From positions 1-35,049 of the IMG/VR virus record IMGVR_UViG_3300010362_000058: 35,049 nucleotides of DNA; one strand, 5' to 3'. The stretch's first letter is position 1. Each line of letters starts with the position of its first letter. The notes under the pieces are model-generated. The model saw only the letters and a program-made list of their open reading frames with translations, was not told where the DNA came from and did no database searches. The translations under genes were made by a program, and so were the position numbers. Shown here piece by piece: positions 9,022-16,635 of the stretch. Source of the stretch: a virus (lineage: Duplodnaviria > Caudoviricetes).

Positions 9022-9945
9022 ATGGCGGCGCCGTCGCTCCAGATCGAATATTGGCCGACGGATCGGCTGCTGCCCTATGCCGCCAACGCCCGCACGCATC
9101 CGGAGGCGCAGGTGTCGCAGATCGCGGCGTCAATTCGCGAATTCGGGTTCAACGTGCCGTGCCTCGTCAACGACGCCGGCGAGCTTGCCGCCGGCCACGG
9201 CCGCGTCCTGGCGGCGAAGCGCCTCGGCCTCGTCGACGTCCCGGTCATCCGCCTATCCCACCTGACGGAGGCGCAGCTGCGCGCGTTCCGTCTCGCGGAC
9301 AATCGGATCGCGCTCAATTCGGACTGGGACCTTGCAATCCTGTCCGGCGAGCTAGCGCGCATCGTGAAGGAGGACGCGCTCGACCCGGCGCTGCTCGGCT
9401 TCGGGGACGACGAAATCGCGGCGCTGCTCAAGGCGCCGACCGCCGGCGACGGGGACGCCGGCGCCGCGGCCGCCGCGGCCGAGGTCAAATTGGCCGACCG
9501 CTTCGGGGCGGTCCCGTTCTCGGTGTTCAATGCGCGGGAGGGCTGGTGGCAGGACCGCAAGCGGGCCTGGATCGCGCTCGGCATTCAATCCGAGCTAGGC
9601 CGCGGCGAAAACCTGATCGGCCGGTCGCTGCATGATCGCCTGTCGATGATCCTCGGCGTTCATTACCGCGACGTCGTTCGCTTCATCGAGGAGCACCGGG
9701 CGCGCGGGCTCGACGACGCCGCCATCGAGGCCGAGGCGCAGCGCGTCGCCGGCGCCCCGGCCGGCCATGACGCGCTCGCGGTCGCCCGCGGCGTCGGGTG
9801 GACCGGCGGCGTGGCGCGCCACGATCCCGCCTTTTACGAGGAGAAGCGGGCGTGGGAGCGCGCCAACGGGCGGACAATCGACACCACCGAATTCCGGCTC
9901 CATCACTATTCCCACCGACCGCGCGGGGCGGCGAATGGCGCCTAG
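9022..9945 (+). CDS. ParB/Srx N-terminal domain protein carrying the N-terminal segment usually found in phage ParB-DNA methylase fusions
   Basis: L.PY..NARTH...QV.QIAASIREFGFN.P, AGHGR and FRLADNR motifs; then FSVFNAREGWWQDRKRAW. Confidence 0.88.
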   Translation: MAAPSLQIEYWPTDRLLPYAANARTHPEAQVSQIAASIREFGFNVPCLVNDAGELAAGHGRVLAAKRLGLVDVPVIRLSHLTEAQLRAFRLADNRIALNSDWDLAILSGELARIVKEDALDPALLGFGDDEIAALLKAPTAGDGDAGAAAAAAEVKLADRFGAVPFSVFNAREGWWQDRKRAWIALGIQSELGRGENLIGRSLHDRLSMILGVHYRDVVRFIEEHRARGLDDAAIEAEAQRVAGAPAGHDALAVARGVGWTGGVARHDPAFYEEKRAWERANGRTIDTTEFRLHHYSHRPRGAANGA

Positions 9946-12157
9946 TCCCGCGCCGCAGCGCACGGTGATCCCGGCCGGCCTCGTCTATGGCCGGATGGAG
10001 GTCGAATCCAACACCGGCCTGACCGGGACGTCGATCTTCGATCCGGTCCTTTGCGAGCTAGCCTATCGGTGGTTCTGCCCGCCGGGCGGGCTCGTGCTCG
10101 ACCCGTTCGCCGGCGGGTCGGTGCGCGGGATCGTCGCGTCGCGCCTCGGCCGGCGCTACCTCGGGATCGACCTGTCGGCGCGGCAGATCGCGGCCAACGA
10201 GGAGCAGGCGCGCCGGATCTGTCGACCGCCGGCGCCGGCGCCGGAATGGCGGGCCGGCGACGCCCGCGACCTGCGCGAAATCGCCGCCGGCGTCGAGGCC
10301 GACTTCGTGTTCTCGTGCCCGCCCTATTGGAACCTGGAACGCTACAGCGACGACGACCGGGACCTGTCGACACTCGACGACTTCGACGAATTCTTTGCGG
10401 ACTACTGTGGGATCGTCGCCGCGGCGGCGGCGCTGCTGCGGCCGGATCGGTTCGCCTGCTTCGTCGTCGGCGACGTCCGTGACGCGCGCGGCTTCTATTG
10501 CGGCCTGCCATGGCGCACCGTCGAGGCATTCCGCCGCGCCGGGCTCGAGCTTTACAACGAGGCGGTGCTGATCACCGCGGCGGGGTCGCTCCCGATCCGG
10601 GCGGCGAAACAATTCGAGACGTCGCGCAAGCTTGGCAAGACTCACCAGAACTGCTTGTTGTTTTGCAAGGGCGATCCGCGCGCCGCGACGACGGCGGTTG
10701 GTCCGGTCGAATTCGGCGAGTTATTTGACGACGCGCTGGCCGACGCGCTAGCCGACGAGCGAACGCCGGCGTCAACGCCACCGCCCACGTTCACGCCAAC
10801 GCCGTCGCCTTCGCCATCGCCTTCGCCAACGGCCCCCCTGCCTGGCGTGGCCCCCTCGCGGTGGAAGGTGTCGGCCGCCTGGGGCCGCCGGGCGCATGAG
10901 TGCTCGCTGGCCGGAATCCTGCGCCGGTGTCATGGCGGCTGCTGCCGGACGGCGTCGTTCTGGCCGCCGTCGGCGTTCCAGCGGCCGGACGCGGACCCGG
11001 TTCCATGCGGGCGCCTCGGGGCGGGCGGCTGCACGTTCGCCGCCGACGACAAGCCGGTGACGTGCCACCTCTATCCGCTGATGCTCAATGAGAACGGGAC
11101 CCTGATCCTACACCACCGGACGACGTTCCAGAACGGCGTGTGCAAGGGCAATCACGGCGAGGGGCCGCCGATCATCGTCGCGCTCGCCGATAATCTCGTT
11201 CACCTATTCGGCCGCGACCAATACGAGCGGGTGCGCACCGACGTCCTCGCCGGCCGGGACTCCTTCTTCGACCCGCCGCCGGCGGTCGTCGCCGCGCTCG
11301 TCCGGGAGCATGCCTGGGCCGCGACCAACGCGCCGCCCGAGCCGCGCAGCGCCTTTTCGCCACCGCCGACGCCCGCGCCATCGCCACCGCCCACGCCGTC
11401 GCCAACGCCTACGACCGACGCGCCGACCCCAATCGAGGCGCATGGGGAATTCTGGCTTAAGCGCGACGACCTGTACGAATTCGCCGGCGTCCGCGGCGGC
11501 AAGGTGCGGACATGTCGGGCGCTCGCCGCCGGCGCGCCCGGGCTCGTCACCGCCGGGTCGCGGGCGAGCCCGCAGGTGAATATCGTCGCCCACGTCGCGC
11601 GTGCCCTCGGCGTGCCCTGTCGCGTCCATGTCCCGACCGGCGCGCTCGCCCCGGAGGTCGCGGCGGCCGCGGAATGCGGCGCCGAAATCGTCCGGCATTC
11701 GCCCGGCTACAACACGGTGATCATTGCCCGGGCGCGGGAGGACGCGGCGGCCCGCGGCTGGCGCGAGATTCCCTTCGGCATGGAATGCGAGGAGGCGGTC
11801 CGGCAGACGGCGGCGCAGGTGGGCGATTGGCCGGACGGCGTCCGGCGCGTCGTCGTTCCGGTCGGGTCGGGGATGTCGCTCGCCGGCGTGCTCGCCGGGC
11901 TCGCCCGGGCCGGTCGCGACATGCCGGTGCTTGGCGTCGCGGTCGGCGCCGATCCGACGAAGCGGCTGGACCGATTCGCTCCGGGCTGGCGCTCGCGGTG
12001 CTCGCTGGTCCGGTCGCGGCTCGACTATCACGCCGCGGCGCCGGTCGACCGGCTCGGCGACGTGGTCCTCGATCCGATATACGAGGCGAAGTGTCTGCCG
12101 TTCCTAGTCGCCGGCGATCTGCTTTGGTGCGTCGGCATTCGGCAGACGGCAACGTAG
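9935..12157 (+). CDS. Tri-domain fusion: amino-DNA methyltransferase + Cys-cluster (YkgJ/DUF3109-like) domain + PLP-dependent fold-II (ACC deaminase / D-cysteine desulfhydrase-like) domain
   Basis: DPFAGG (motif I) and SCPPY (motif IV); CHGGCC...C...C...KPVTCHLYP; LKRDD...GGK, VPVGSGMS and LDPIYEAK; two P/T/S-rich linkers. Confidence 0.85.
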   Translation: MAPSPAPQRTVIPAGLVYGRMEVESNTGLTGTSIFDPVLCELAYRWFCPPGGLVLDPFAGGSVRGIVASRLGRRYLGIDLSARQIAANEEQARRICRPPAPAPEWRAGDARDLREIAAGVEADFVFSCPPYWNLERYSDDDRDLSTLDDFDEFFADYCGIVAAAAALLRPDRFACFVVGDVRDARGFYCGLPWRTVEAFRRAGLELYNEAVLITAAGSLPIRAAKQFETSRKLGKTHQNCLLFCKGDPRAATTAVGPVEFGELFDDALADALADERTPASTPPPTFTPTPSPSPSPSPTAPLPGVAPSRWKVSAAWGRRAHECSLAGILRRCHGGCCRTASFWPPSAFQRPDADPVPCGRLGAGGCTFAADDKPVTCHLYPLMLNENGTLILHHRTTFQNGVCKGNHGEGPPIIVALADNLVHLFGRDQYERVRTDVLAGRDSFFDPPPAVVAALVREHAWAATNAPPEPRSAFSPPPTPAPSPPPTPSPTPTTDAPTPIEAHGEFWLKRDDLYEFAGVRGGKVRTCRALAAGAPGLVTAGSRASPQVNIVAHVARALGVPCRVHVPTGALAPEVAAAAECGAEIVRHSPGYNTVIIARAREDAAARGWREIPFGMECEEAVRQTAAQVGDWPDGVRRVVVPVGSGMSLAGVLAGLARAGRDMPVLGVAVGADPTKRLDRFAPGWRSRCSLVRSRLDYHAAAPVDRLGDVVLDPIYEAKCLPFLVAGDLLWCVGIRQTAT

Positions 12158-12168
12158 GGAGAAAGACA

Positions 12169-12336
12169 ATGGCAAGAAAACGAGGCGACCGGGTGCGGGC
12201 CTCGCAGCGCGCCCTGGCGGCAATGCCGCCCCGCGCGGCGAAGCGCGCGCTAGCGAAGGCGCGGGCGCAGGGCCGGACCTATCCGACGTCGGGGCAGCGC
12301 GCGCGGGCAATGCGCGGCAAGGGCAAGCGGCGCTGA
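12169..12336 (+). CDS. Small highly basic Arg/Lys/Ala-rich protein, 55 aa
   Basis: AGGGAG RBS; MARKRGDRVRASQRALAAMPPRAAKRALAKARAQGR... Confidence 0.6.
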   Translation: MARKRGDRVRASQRALAAMPPRAAKRALAKARAQGRTYPTSGQRARAMRGKGKRR

Positions 12337-12345
12337 TCGCCAACG

Positions 12346-12375
12346 AAAAAGCCCCGGGCGACGGGCGCCCGGGGC
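12346..12375 (-). terminator. Rho-independent terminator for the minus-strand gene
   Basis: AAAAA GCCCCGGGCG-acggg-CGCCCGGGGC, between convergent genes. Confidence 0.7.
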
Positions 12376-12415
12376 AAGGTGGCCGGGTGGGACCCTAGGC
12401 GGATTCCCCGGCGAA

Positions 12416-13393
12416 TTAGGCGGCGGCCTGCGCCGTCAGGGCGACGATGCAAAGCTTCCGGTAGCGGTCGAGCGCGACGAAGCCCGAGTCGTAGGTCTTC
12501 AGGGCGAAGGCCCGCAGGCCGTCGACGTCCCCCGCGGTCGCGAGGTCGATCAGCGCCTGCCGCGGCTTGGTGTAGGGCGGCGTGTAGGACGGCGCGCTGA
12601 AGTCCGGGGGCTCCGGGAGCGTGCCGGTTTTCGCCGCCTCAAGCGCCGCAAGCTGCTTGGGCGTGACGCGCTGCGATCCGGTGAAGACGTCCCGCGCCTC
12701 CGCGACCTGCTCGGGCGTGGCGTTCTTCGCGGTTGCGACGGGCGCCTTGGCGGCGGCCTTCTTCTTCGCGGGCGCCTTCTTGGCGCGCTTCGGCTTCGGC
12801 GCCGCCTCGGCGGGCGCGGGCTCGGGCGTCGGCTCGGCGGTCGCGTCGACCGGCGCCGGCTCGGCGAAGGCCTCGCGGCCGTGCTGCCAATCGGCGGCGG
12901 TGTCGGACGTGATCGTCTCGGCGCTGCCGGCATAAGGCATGTTCGTCTCGCTCGTCTCGTGGCCGGCGCTTGCGGCGATTTTCGACAAGACGTCGACGGC
13001 GTCGGCCTCCAGGCCGGCCATGATCGCCTCGGCGTCGGTGGTCGGGGCCTCGGTCCGGACGTCGGTGTTCTTCCGGCCGCGGCCCTTGCGGGCGCGGGCG
13101 GGCGGGCCGGGCAGTCGCGTGGTCTTCTTCGTCATGTCAGTCTCCGTTGGTTGGCGGTGGTCGCTGCTATTGAGGCGGAATTTCCTCGCCATGGCGGCGA
13201 GGGCGTCGGCGACGATTGCCTCGGGGTCGCGCCGTAGCTGCCGATAGAAATCCGGATTCGAGTGGGCGTCCCAGCCGCGCTGGAATGCCTTCGTCTCCGG
13301 GGATCGGTCCGAAAAGCGCGAGGCGATGCGCAGGGCGCCGATTTGGTCGCCCGCCGCCCAGGCCTCGCGCAATTGGGTGAGTTTGGCCTTCAT
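12416..13393 (-). CDS. Hypothetical protein, apparently two small-gene modules in one frame (internal start 13135), with a Lys/Ala-rich linker
   Basis: GGGGAG RBS at the start, GGAG RBS before MTKKTT; KPKRAKKAPAKKKAAAK; C-terminal LPEPPDFSA...RYRKLC.AL domain. Confidence 0.75.
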   Translation of the reverse strand: MKAKLTQLREAWAAGDQIGALRIASRFSDRSPETKAFQRGWDAHSNPDFYRQLRRDPEAIVADALAAMARKFRLNSSDHRQPTETDMTKKTTRLPGPPARARKGRGRKNTDVRTEAPTTDAEAIMAGLEADAVDVLSKIAASAGHETSETNMPYAGSAETITSDTAADWQHGREAFAEPAPVDATAEPTPEPAPAEAAPKPKRAKKAPAKKKAAAKAPVATAKNATPEQVAEARDVFTGSQRVTPKQLAALEAAKTGTLPEPPDFSAPSYTPPYTKPRQALIDLATAGDVDGLRAFALKTYDSGFVALDRYRKLCIVALTAQAAA

Positions 13394-13404
13394 GTTGGTC
13401 TCCC

Positions 13405-13421
13405 CGCCATGCCATTATGGC
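13405..13421 (-). promoter_or_regulatory. Palindromic operator / -10 element (CATAAT on minus strand) for gene 13393
   Basis: cgccatGCCATTATGGC, 16/17 identical to 13926-13942. Confidence 0.55.
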
Positions 13422-13454
13422 GGCGCCCCCCTCAACTGGCCCACGCACGCTCCG

Positions 13455-13589
13455 GTTGCAAGCCCAGGGGGCACCTCTTTATTTTTGCCGCAGGGCATGT
13501 CGCAGGCTTTGCGCCCCGCCATTTTGGCATATATCCCGGAACGAGAGCGGCGGGGGAATTCGCCCCCGCGCACAACACGGGAGACGACG
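13455..13589 (+). promoter_or_regulatory. Repeated leader cassette, copy A
   Basis: gttgcaag...tctttatttttgc...ctttgc...GCCATTTTGGCATAT...CGGGGGAATTCGCCCCCG...aacacgggag. Confidence 0.7.
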
Positions 13590-13844
13590 ATGAAAGTCGC
13601 CGATCTGATAGCCGAGCTTCAGGAATTCGACCCGGAGCAGGAAGTCCACTTCGCCTACCCCGCCGGCGACTATTGGCGCACCACGGTCGCACCGAAGGTC
13701 GCCAGCGTCGAGCCGGGATGGGTCAAGCGCAGCGAATATCACCGGATGCCAGCCGTCGTCCCGCTCTACCTGGAGGACGAGACGGAGGCACCGAATCCCG
13801 ACGTCGAGGGCGCCGACAGCGTCTGCTTGATCCGCGCCCGCTAA
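13590..13844 (+). CDS. Small phage hypothetical protein (MKVADLIAELQEFDPEQEV...)
   Basis: RBS; the M.V.eLI..L..fdp..eV N-terminus is common in small phage accessory proteins. Confidence 0.75.
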   Translation: MKVADLIAELQEFDPEQEVHFAYPAGDYWRTTVAPKVASVEPGWVKRSEYHRMPAVVPLYLEDETEAPNPDVEGADSVCLIRAR

Positions 13845-13855
13845 AGCCACCGGAG

Positions 13856-13884
13856 GGCCGGGGGGCTCTGCCCCCGGCCTTTTC
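13856..13884 (+). terminator. Rho-independent terminator
   Basis: GGCCGGGGG-gctctg-CCCCCGGCC followed by TTTT. Confidence 0.75.
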
Positions 13885-13885
13885 T

Positions 13886-14000
13886 GTTGCAAGGGGGAGG
13901 GTTCTTTATTTTTGCAGGACTTTGCCGCCATGCCATAATGGCATATGTCACAGGGCGAGACGGCGGGGGGAATTCGCCCCCCGATAACACGGAGAGAACA
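13886..14000 (+). promoter_or_regulatory. Repeated leader cassette, copy B: TTGCAG-16-CATAAT promoter inside the perfect palindrome ATGCCATAATGGCAT
   Basis: Same blocks as copy A; hairpin CGGGGGGAATTCGCCCCCCG at 13964-13983. Confidence 0.7.
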
Positions 14001-14189
14001 ATGACCGTCCGCAAGCCCGCCCGCGAAATGACCCGCGGCGAGATCGAGCGCGAAATGGCGCGCATCCCCTACGCGCGTCGGCATGGCGCCCGCTGGGACG
14101 CGCTCGTCAAGGTCCACAAGGAGCACGTCCGGCTCGACGAATGGGCGCGCGCCTACGACATCTGGACGCGCGGCCTCCCGACCGAATGA
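14001..14189 (+). CDS. Small hypothetical protein
   Basis: GGAGAG RBS directly after cassette B. Confidence 0.7.
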   Translation: MTVRKPAREMTRGEIEREMARIPYARRHGARWDALVKVHKEHVRLDEWARAYDIWTRGLPTE

Positions 14190-14202
14190 CCGAGGACGCC
14201 CG

Positions 14203-14412
14203 ATGAATCGCACATTTTCCACTCGCTCGGCGGCCATCCGCGCGGCTCGCAACGAATGCCGCAAACTGATCGGCCCGCTATATCAGGCTTTCGAGGGGCC
14301 GGATTTTTTCATCCATCCCGTCCCGCGCCCCTTCGAGATTCGCGACCGATATAAATTCGAGCTAAGCCCGAGCGCGCTGGCGATCATCGCCGAAAAGGCG
14401 GGCCGCCCATAG
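14203..14412 (+). CDS. Small hypothetical protein
   Basis: GAGGA RBS before ATG 14203. Confidence 0.65.
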   Translation: MNRTFSTRSAAIRAARNECRKLIGPLYQAFEGPDFFIHPVPRPFEIRDRYKFELSPSALAIIAEKAGRP

Positions 14413-14464
14413 GCGCGCCGGCGCCCGCCCCCCCGGGCCGGGCCGGTCGGGAAATCGCACACAC

Positions 14465-14497
14465 GGGCCGCGCTGGCGCAGCGCGGCCCTATTTTGT
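14465..14497 (+). terminator. Terminator closing the accessory island
   Basis: GGGCCGCGCTG-gcg-CAGCGCGGCCC followed by TATTTTGT. Confidence 0.65.
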
Positions 14498-14533
14498 GGT
14501 AGGGTCGGGTCTAGCCGATCCGGGAAACCGACC

Positions 14534-15031
14534 ATGCCGAGGATCGACGCCCTTCGCCGCGCCGACCGGCGCCGCGCGCCGCAGGTCGGGGCGCTGCGCA
14601 GCCGGGTCACCGTCTGCACCACGGTGGAGCGGCCGGACGGCGACGTCTCGACCATCGTCGACCGGCCGGGCGTGATCCAGGTTCACGCCTCGGTCCGCCC
14701 GCTGCGCGGCGTCGAGATTTTGAATTGGAAGGCCGTCTATGGCGTGTTCACCTCGGCCACGGCGGCGCCGACCCCGTCGCATGAAATCGTCCTGCGCGAC
14801 CCGCCGGACGTGAAGATCGACATCAACCACTGGGTCTTCTGCCGCGACCGCTTTTCCGAGACCTGGTACAAGGTCCGCACCGTCGAGGATATGGGCGGCG
14901 TGCATCGCTTCCTCGTGCTGATGTGCACCGTCGAGACGATCAACGACCGGCGGTCCGACCCGGCGACGCAGCCGCCGCCGCCGGTGTGGGAGCGGCCGGA
15001 CGACGGGGAGCCGATCCCGGACCGCATATGA
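14534..15031 (+). CDS. Head-closure / head-tail adaptor (SPP1 gp16-like)
   Basis: GALRSRVTV, V.ASVRPLRG.E, SHEIVLR and Y.V..V.D.....FL.L.C pattern. Confidence 0.78.
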   Translation: MPRIDALRRADRRRAPQVGALRSRVTVCTTVERPDGDVSTIVDRPGVIQVHASVRPLRGVEILNWKAVYGVFTSATAAPTPSHEIVLRDPPDVKIDINHWVFCRDRFSETWYKVRTVEDMGGVHRFLVLMCTVETINDRRSDPATQPPPPVWERPDDGEPIPDRI

Positions 15032-15444
15032 CCGCGCTCATCGTCACCGTCACAGTCACCGGCGATATCCGCCCGCGGATCGACGACTCGGTCATTGCCG
15101 AATGGATCGACGCGCGCCTGAACGACGGGCGCAACACCTTCATTACCAACGCCAGCCGGGGCGGGGGCGGGGGGCGGACCTATGGCCGGCACACGGCGTC
15201 GGCGCCGGGCGAATATCCGGCGACCGATTCGGGGCGGCTGGTGGGCTCGGTCGACACGCAGATGAACAGCGACCGCGAGGGCGAGCTATTCAGCGACGTG
15301 GAATACGCCCGCTATCTCGCCGGCGGGACGTCGCGGATGGCGCCGCGCAAGATGGTTTACGAGGCGCTGACCGAGGCGCTCGACGCGCGGCCGGATTTCG
15401 AGGCGCTCGCCGCGGCGGTGAAATTCGACGGGGGCGGCGCATGA
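15028..15444 (+). CDS. Neck / tail-completion protein (HK97 gp10-like)
   Basis: HTASAPGEYPATDSGRL..S and YA.YL..GTSRMAPR motifs. Confidence 0.8.
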   Translation: MTALIVTVTVTGDIRPRIDDSVIAEWIDARLNDGRNTFITNASRGGGGGRTYGRHTASAPGEYPATDSGRLVGSVDTQMNSDREGELFSDVEYARYLAGGTSRMAPRKMVYEALTEALDARPDFEALAAAVKFDGGGA

Positions 15445-16199
15445 CGACGCGCCGCAATGGGGCGGCCAACGGGACCGCCAACGGCGCGCCGCCGCGGGCG
15501 CCGGGCGCGACGGTCCCGGGCGGTCCGCCGGTCGTCGACAGCCTCTACAACCGGGTCACGCGGCGGGTCCGCGGCGCCCGGACGCTATTCGGCGACAATG
15601 TCAAGCTGGTGATGCGGCAACTCGACCAGGAGCACTGGTCGCTGCTGCAACTGCCCTACTGCCTCGTCGTCCCGACGGTCACGCGCCCGCAGCATCTGCG
15701 GCCCCAGGACGCGGACTATGATTCGATCATCAACCCGCGGTCGATCACGTTCATTGCGCAGCTAGACGGGCGGGGATCGGAGGCCGAGCACCTCGCGGCC
15801 AACGACGTCGAGCTAGCCGAGAAGCAATTGATCGGCGCGCTGGTCAATTGGCGACCGGAGCGGCATTACCGGCCGACCACCTACGGCGGGATGCGGCTGA
15901 TTGCGTCGCGCGCGCCGGACGTCAAGGTGTCGTTCGTTTTCATATTCTACGAGGAGCTGGTCATGCCGGACGAGGAGATCGGCGCCGACGACGTCGCGGT
16001 GCTCGGCGACATCACGGTCCACGTCGTCGATCCGTGCTGCGCATGTCCGCCGCCGGAACCCGAGTGTGTCCCGACGCCGAGCATTTATGTTACAGGTGGC
16101 GGCTGCGCGGTCGACGATCCGTGCTGCCGGCCCGAGCCGTGCATTTCGCCGTTAGAGGCCGCGCGTGGTGGAGGAGCCAATGAAAGCGACGACGTTTGA
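15441..16199 (+). CDS. Tail terminator (Mu gp37-like) with Cys-rich C-terminal extension
   Basis: LPYCLVVP, L..ALVNWRP and Y.G motifs; synteny before the sheath; DPCC...PEP.C twice. Confidence 0.65.
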   Translation: MTTRRNGAANGTANGAPPRAPGATVPGGPPVVDSLYNRVTRRVRGARTLFGDNVKLVMRQLDQEHWSLLQLPYCLVVPTVTRPQHLRPQDADYDSIINPRSITFIAQLDGRGSEAEHLAANDVELAEKQLIGALVNWRPERHYRPTTYGGMRLIASRAPDVKVSFVFIFYEELVMPDEEIGADDVAVLGDITVHVVDPCCACPPPEPECVPTPSIYVTGGGCAVDDPCCRPEPCISPLEAARGGGANESDDV

Positions 16200-16464
16200 C
16201 CAGGAAGTCGACTTGAAGCGCGGTCCGCGCCTGGGCGGCCCGCCGGTCCTGCCGATTCGCTACATAACCGTCCGCGCCCGCAATGGCGCGCTCGTCTACA
16301 GCGCCGACGACGTCCCGATCCCGGGCGACGACTGGGTCCGGGTCCCGCTATCTGCCGGCATTGTGCAGGCGATCAAGTATGGCGACCTGGAGCAAGGCGA
16401 GCCAGCCGGCGAACACGCCGCCGCGCAGCACCGCCACCGGCGCCGCCACGCCGAAGCCGAATAA
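16180..16464 (+). CDS. Small pre-sheath protein (Mu gp38 / DUF2635-like)
   Basis: GAGGAG RBS; V.....IP.....VP.....I..GDL pattern; position immediately before the sheath. Confidence 0.6.
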   Translation: MKATTFDQEVDLKRGPRLGGPPVLPIRYITVRARNGALVYSADDVPIPGDDWVRVPLSAGIVQAIKYGDLEQGEPAGEHAAAQHRHRRRHAEAE

Positions 16465-16539
16465 TGCCGCGCCGGCGGCGCTTCGAGGTCGCCCGCCACT
16501 GGCCGGGGCGCCGCGCCCGGACCCGTCCGCGCTGGTCGC

Positions 16540-16553
16540 GTTTCACGTGAAAC
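16540..16553. other. parS-type palindrome GTTTCACGTGAAAC
   Basis: Exact match to the 14-bp core of the bacterial chromosomal parS consensus, intergenic. Confidence 0.7.
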
Positions 16554-16635
16554 CGGATCGTATGGACGCGGCGTACCTGAAGCGGTAGAGTTGCCCCCGC
16601 CGACGCCCCCCGCACGGCGTCGGGGGAGGGCCGCC

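Noticed and set aside
13455-14000. Possible CRISPR-like or mini-array of repeats
   Set aside because: Only two long copies, separated by a complete gene; fits repeated promoters, not a repeat-spacer array
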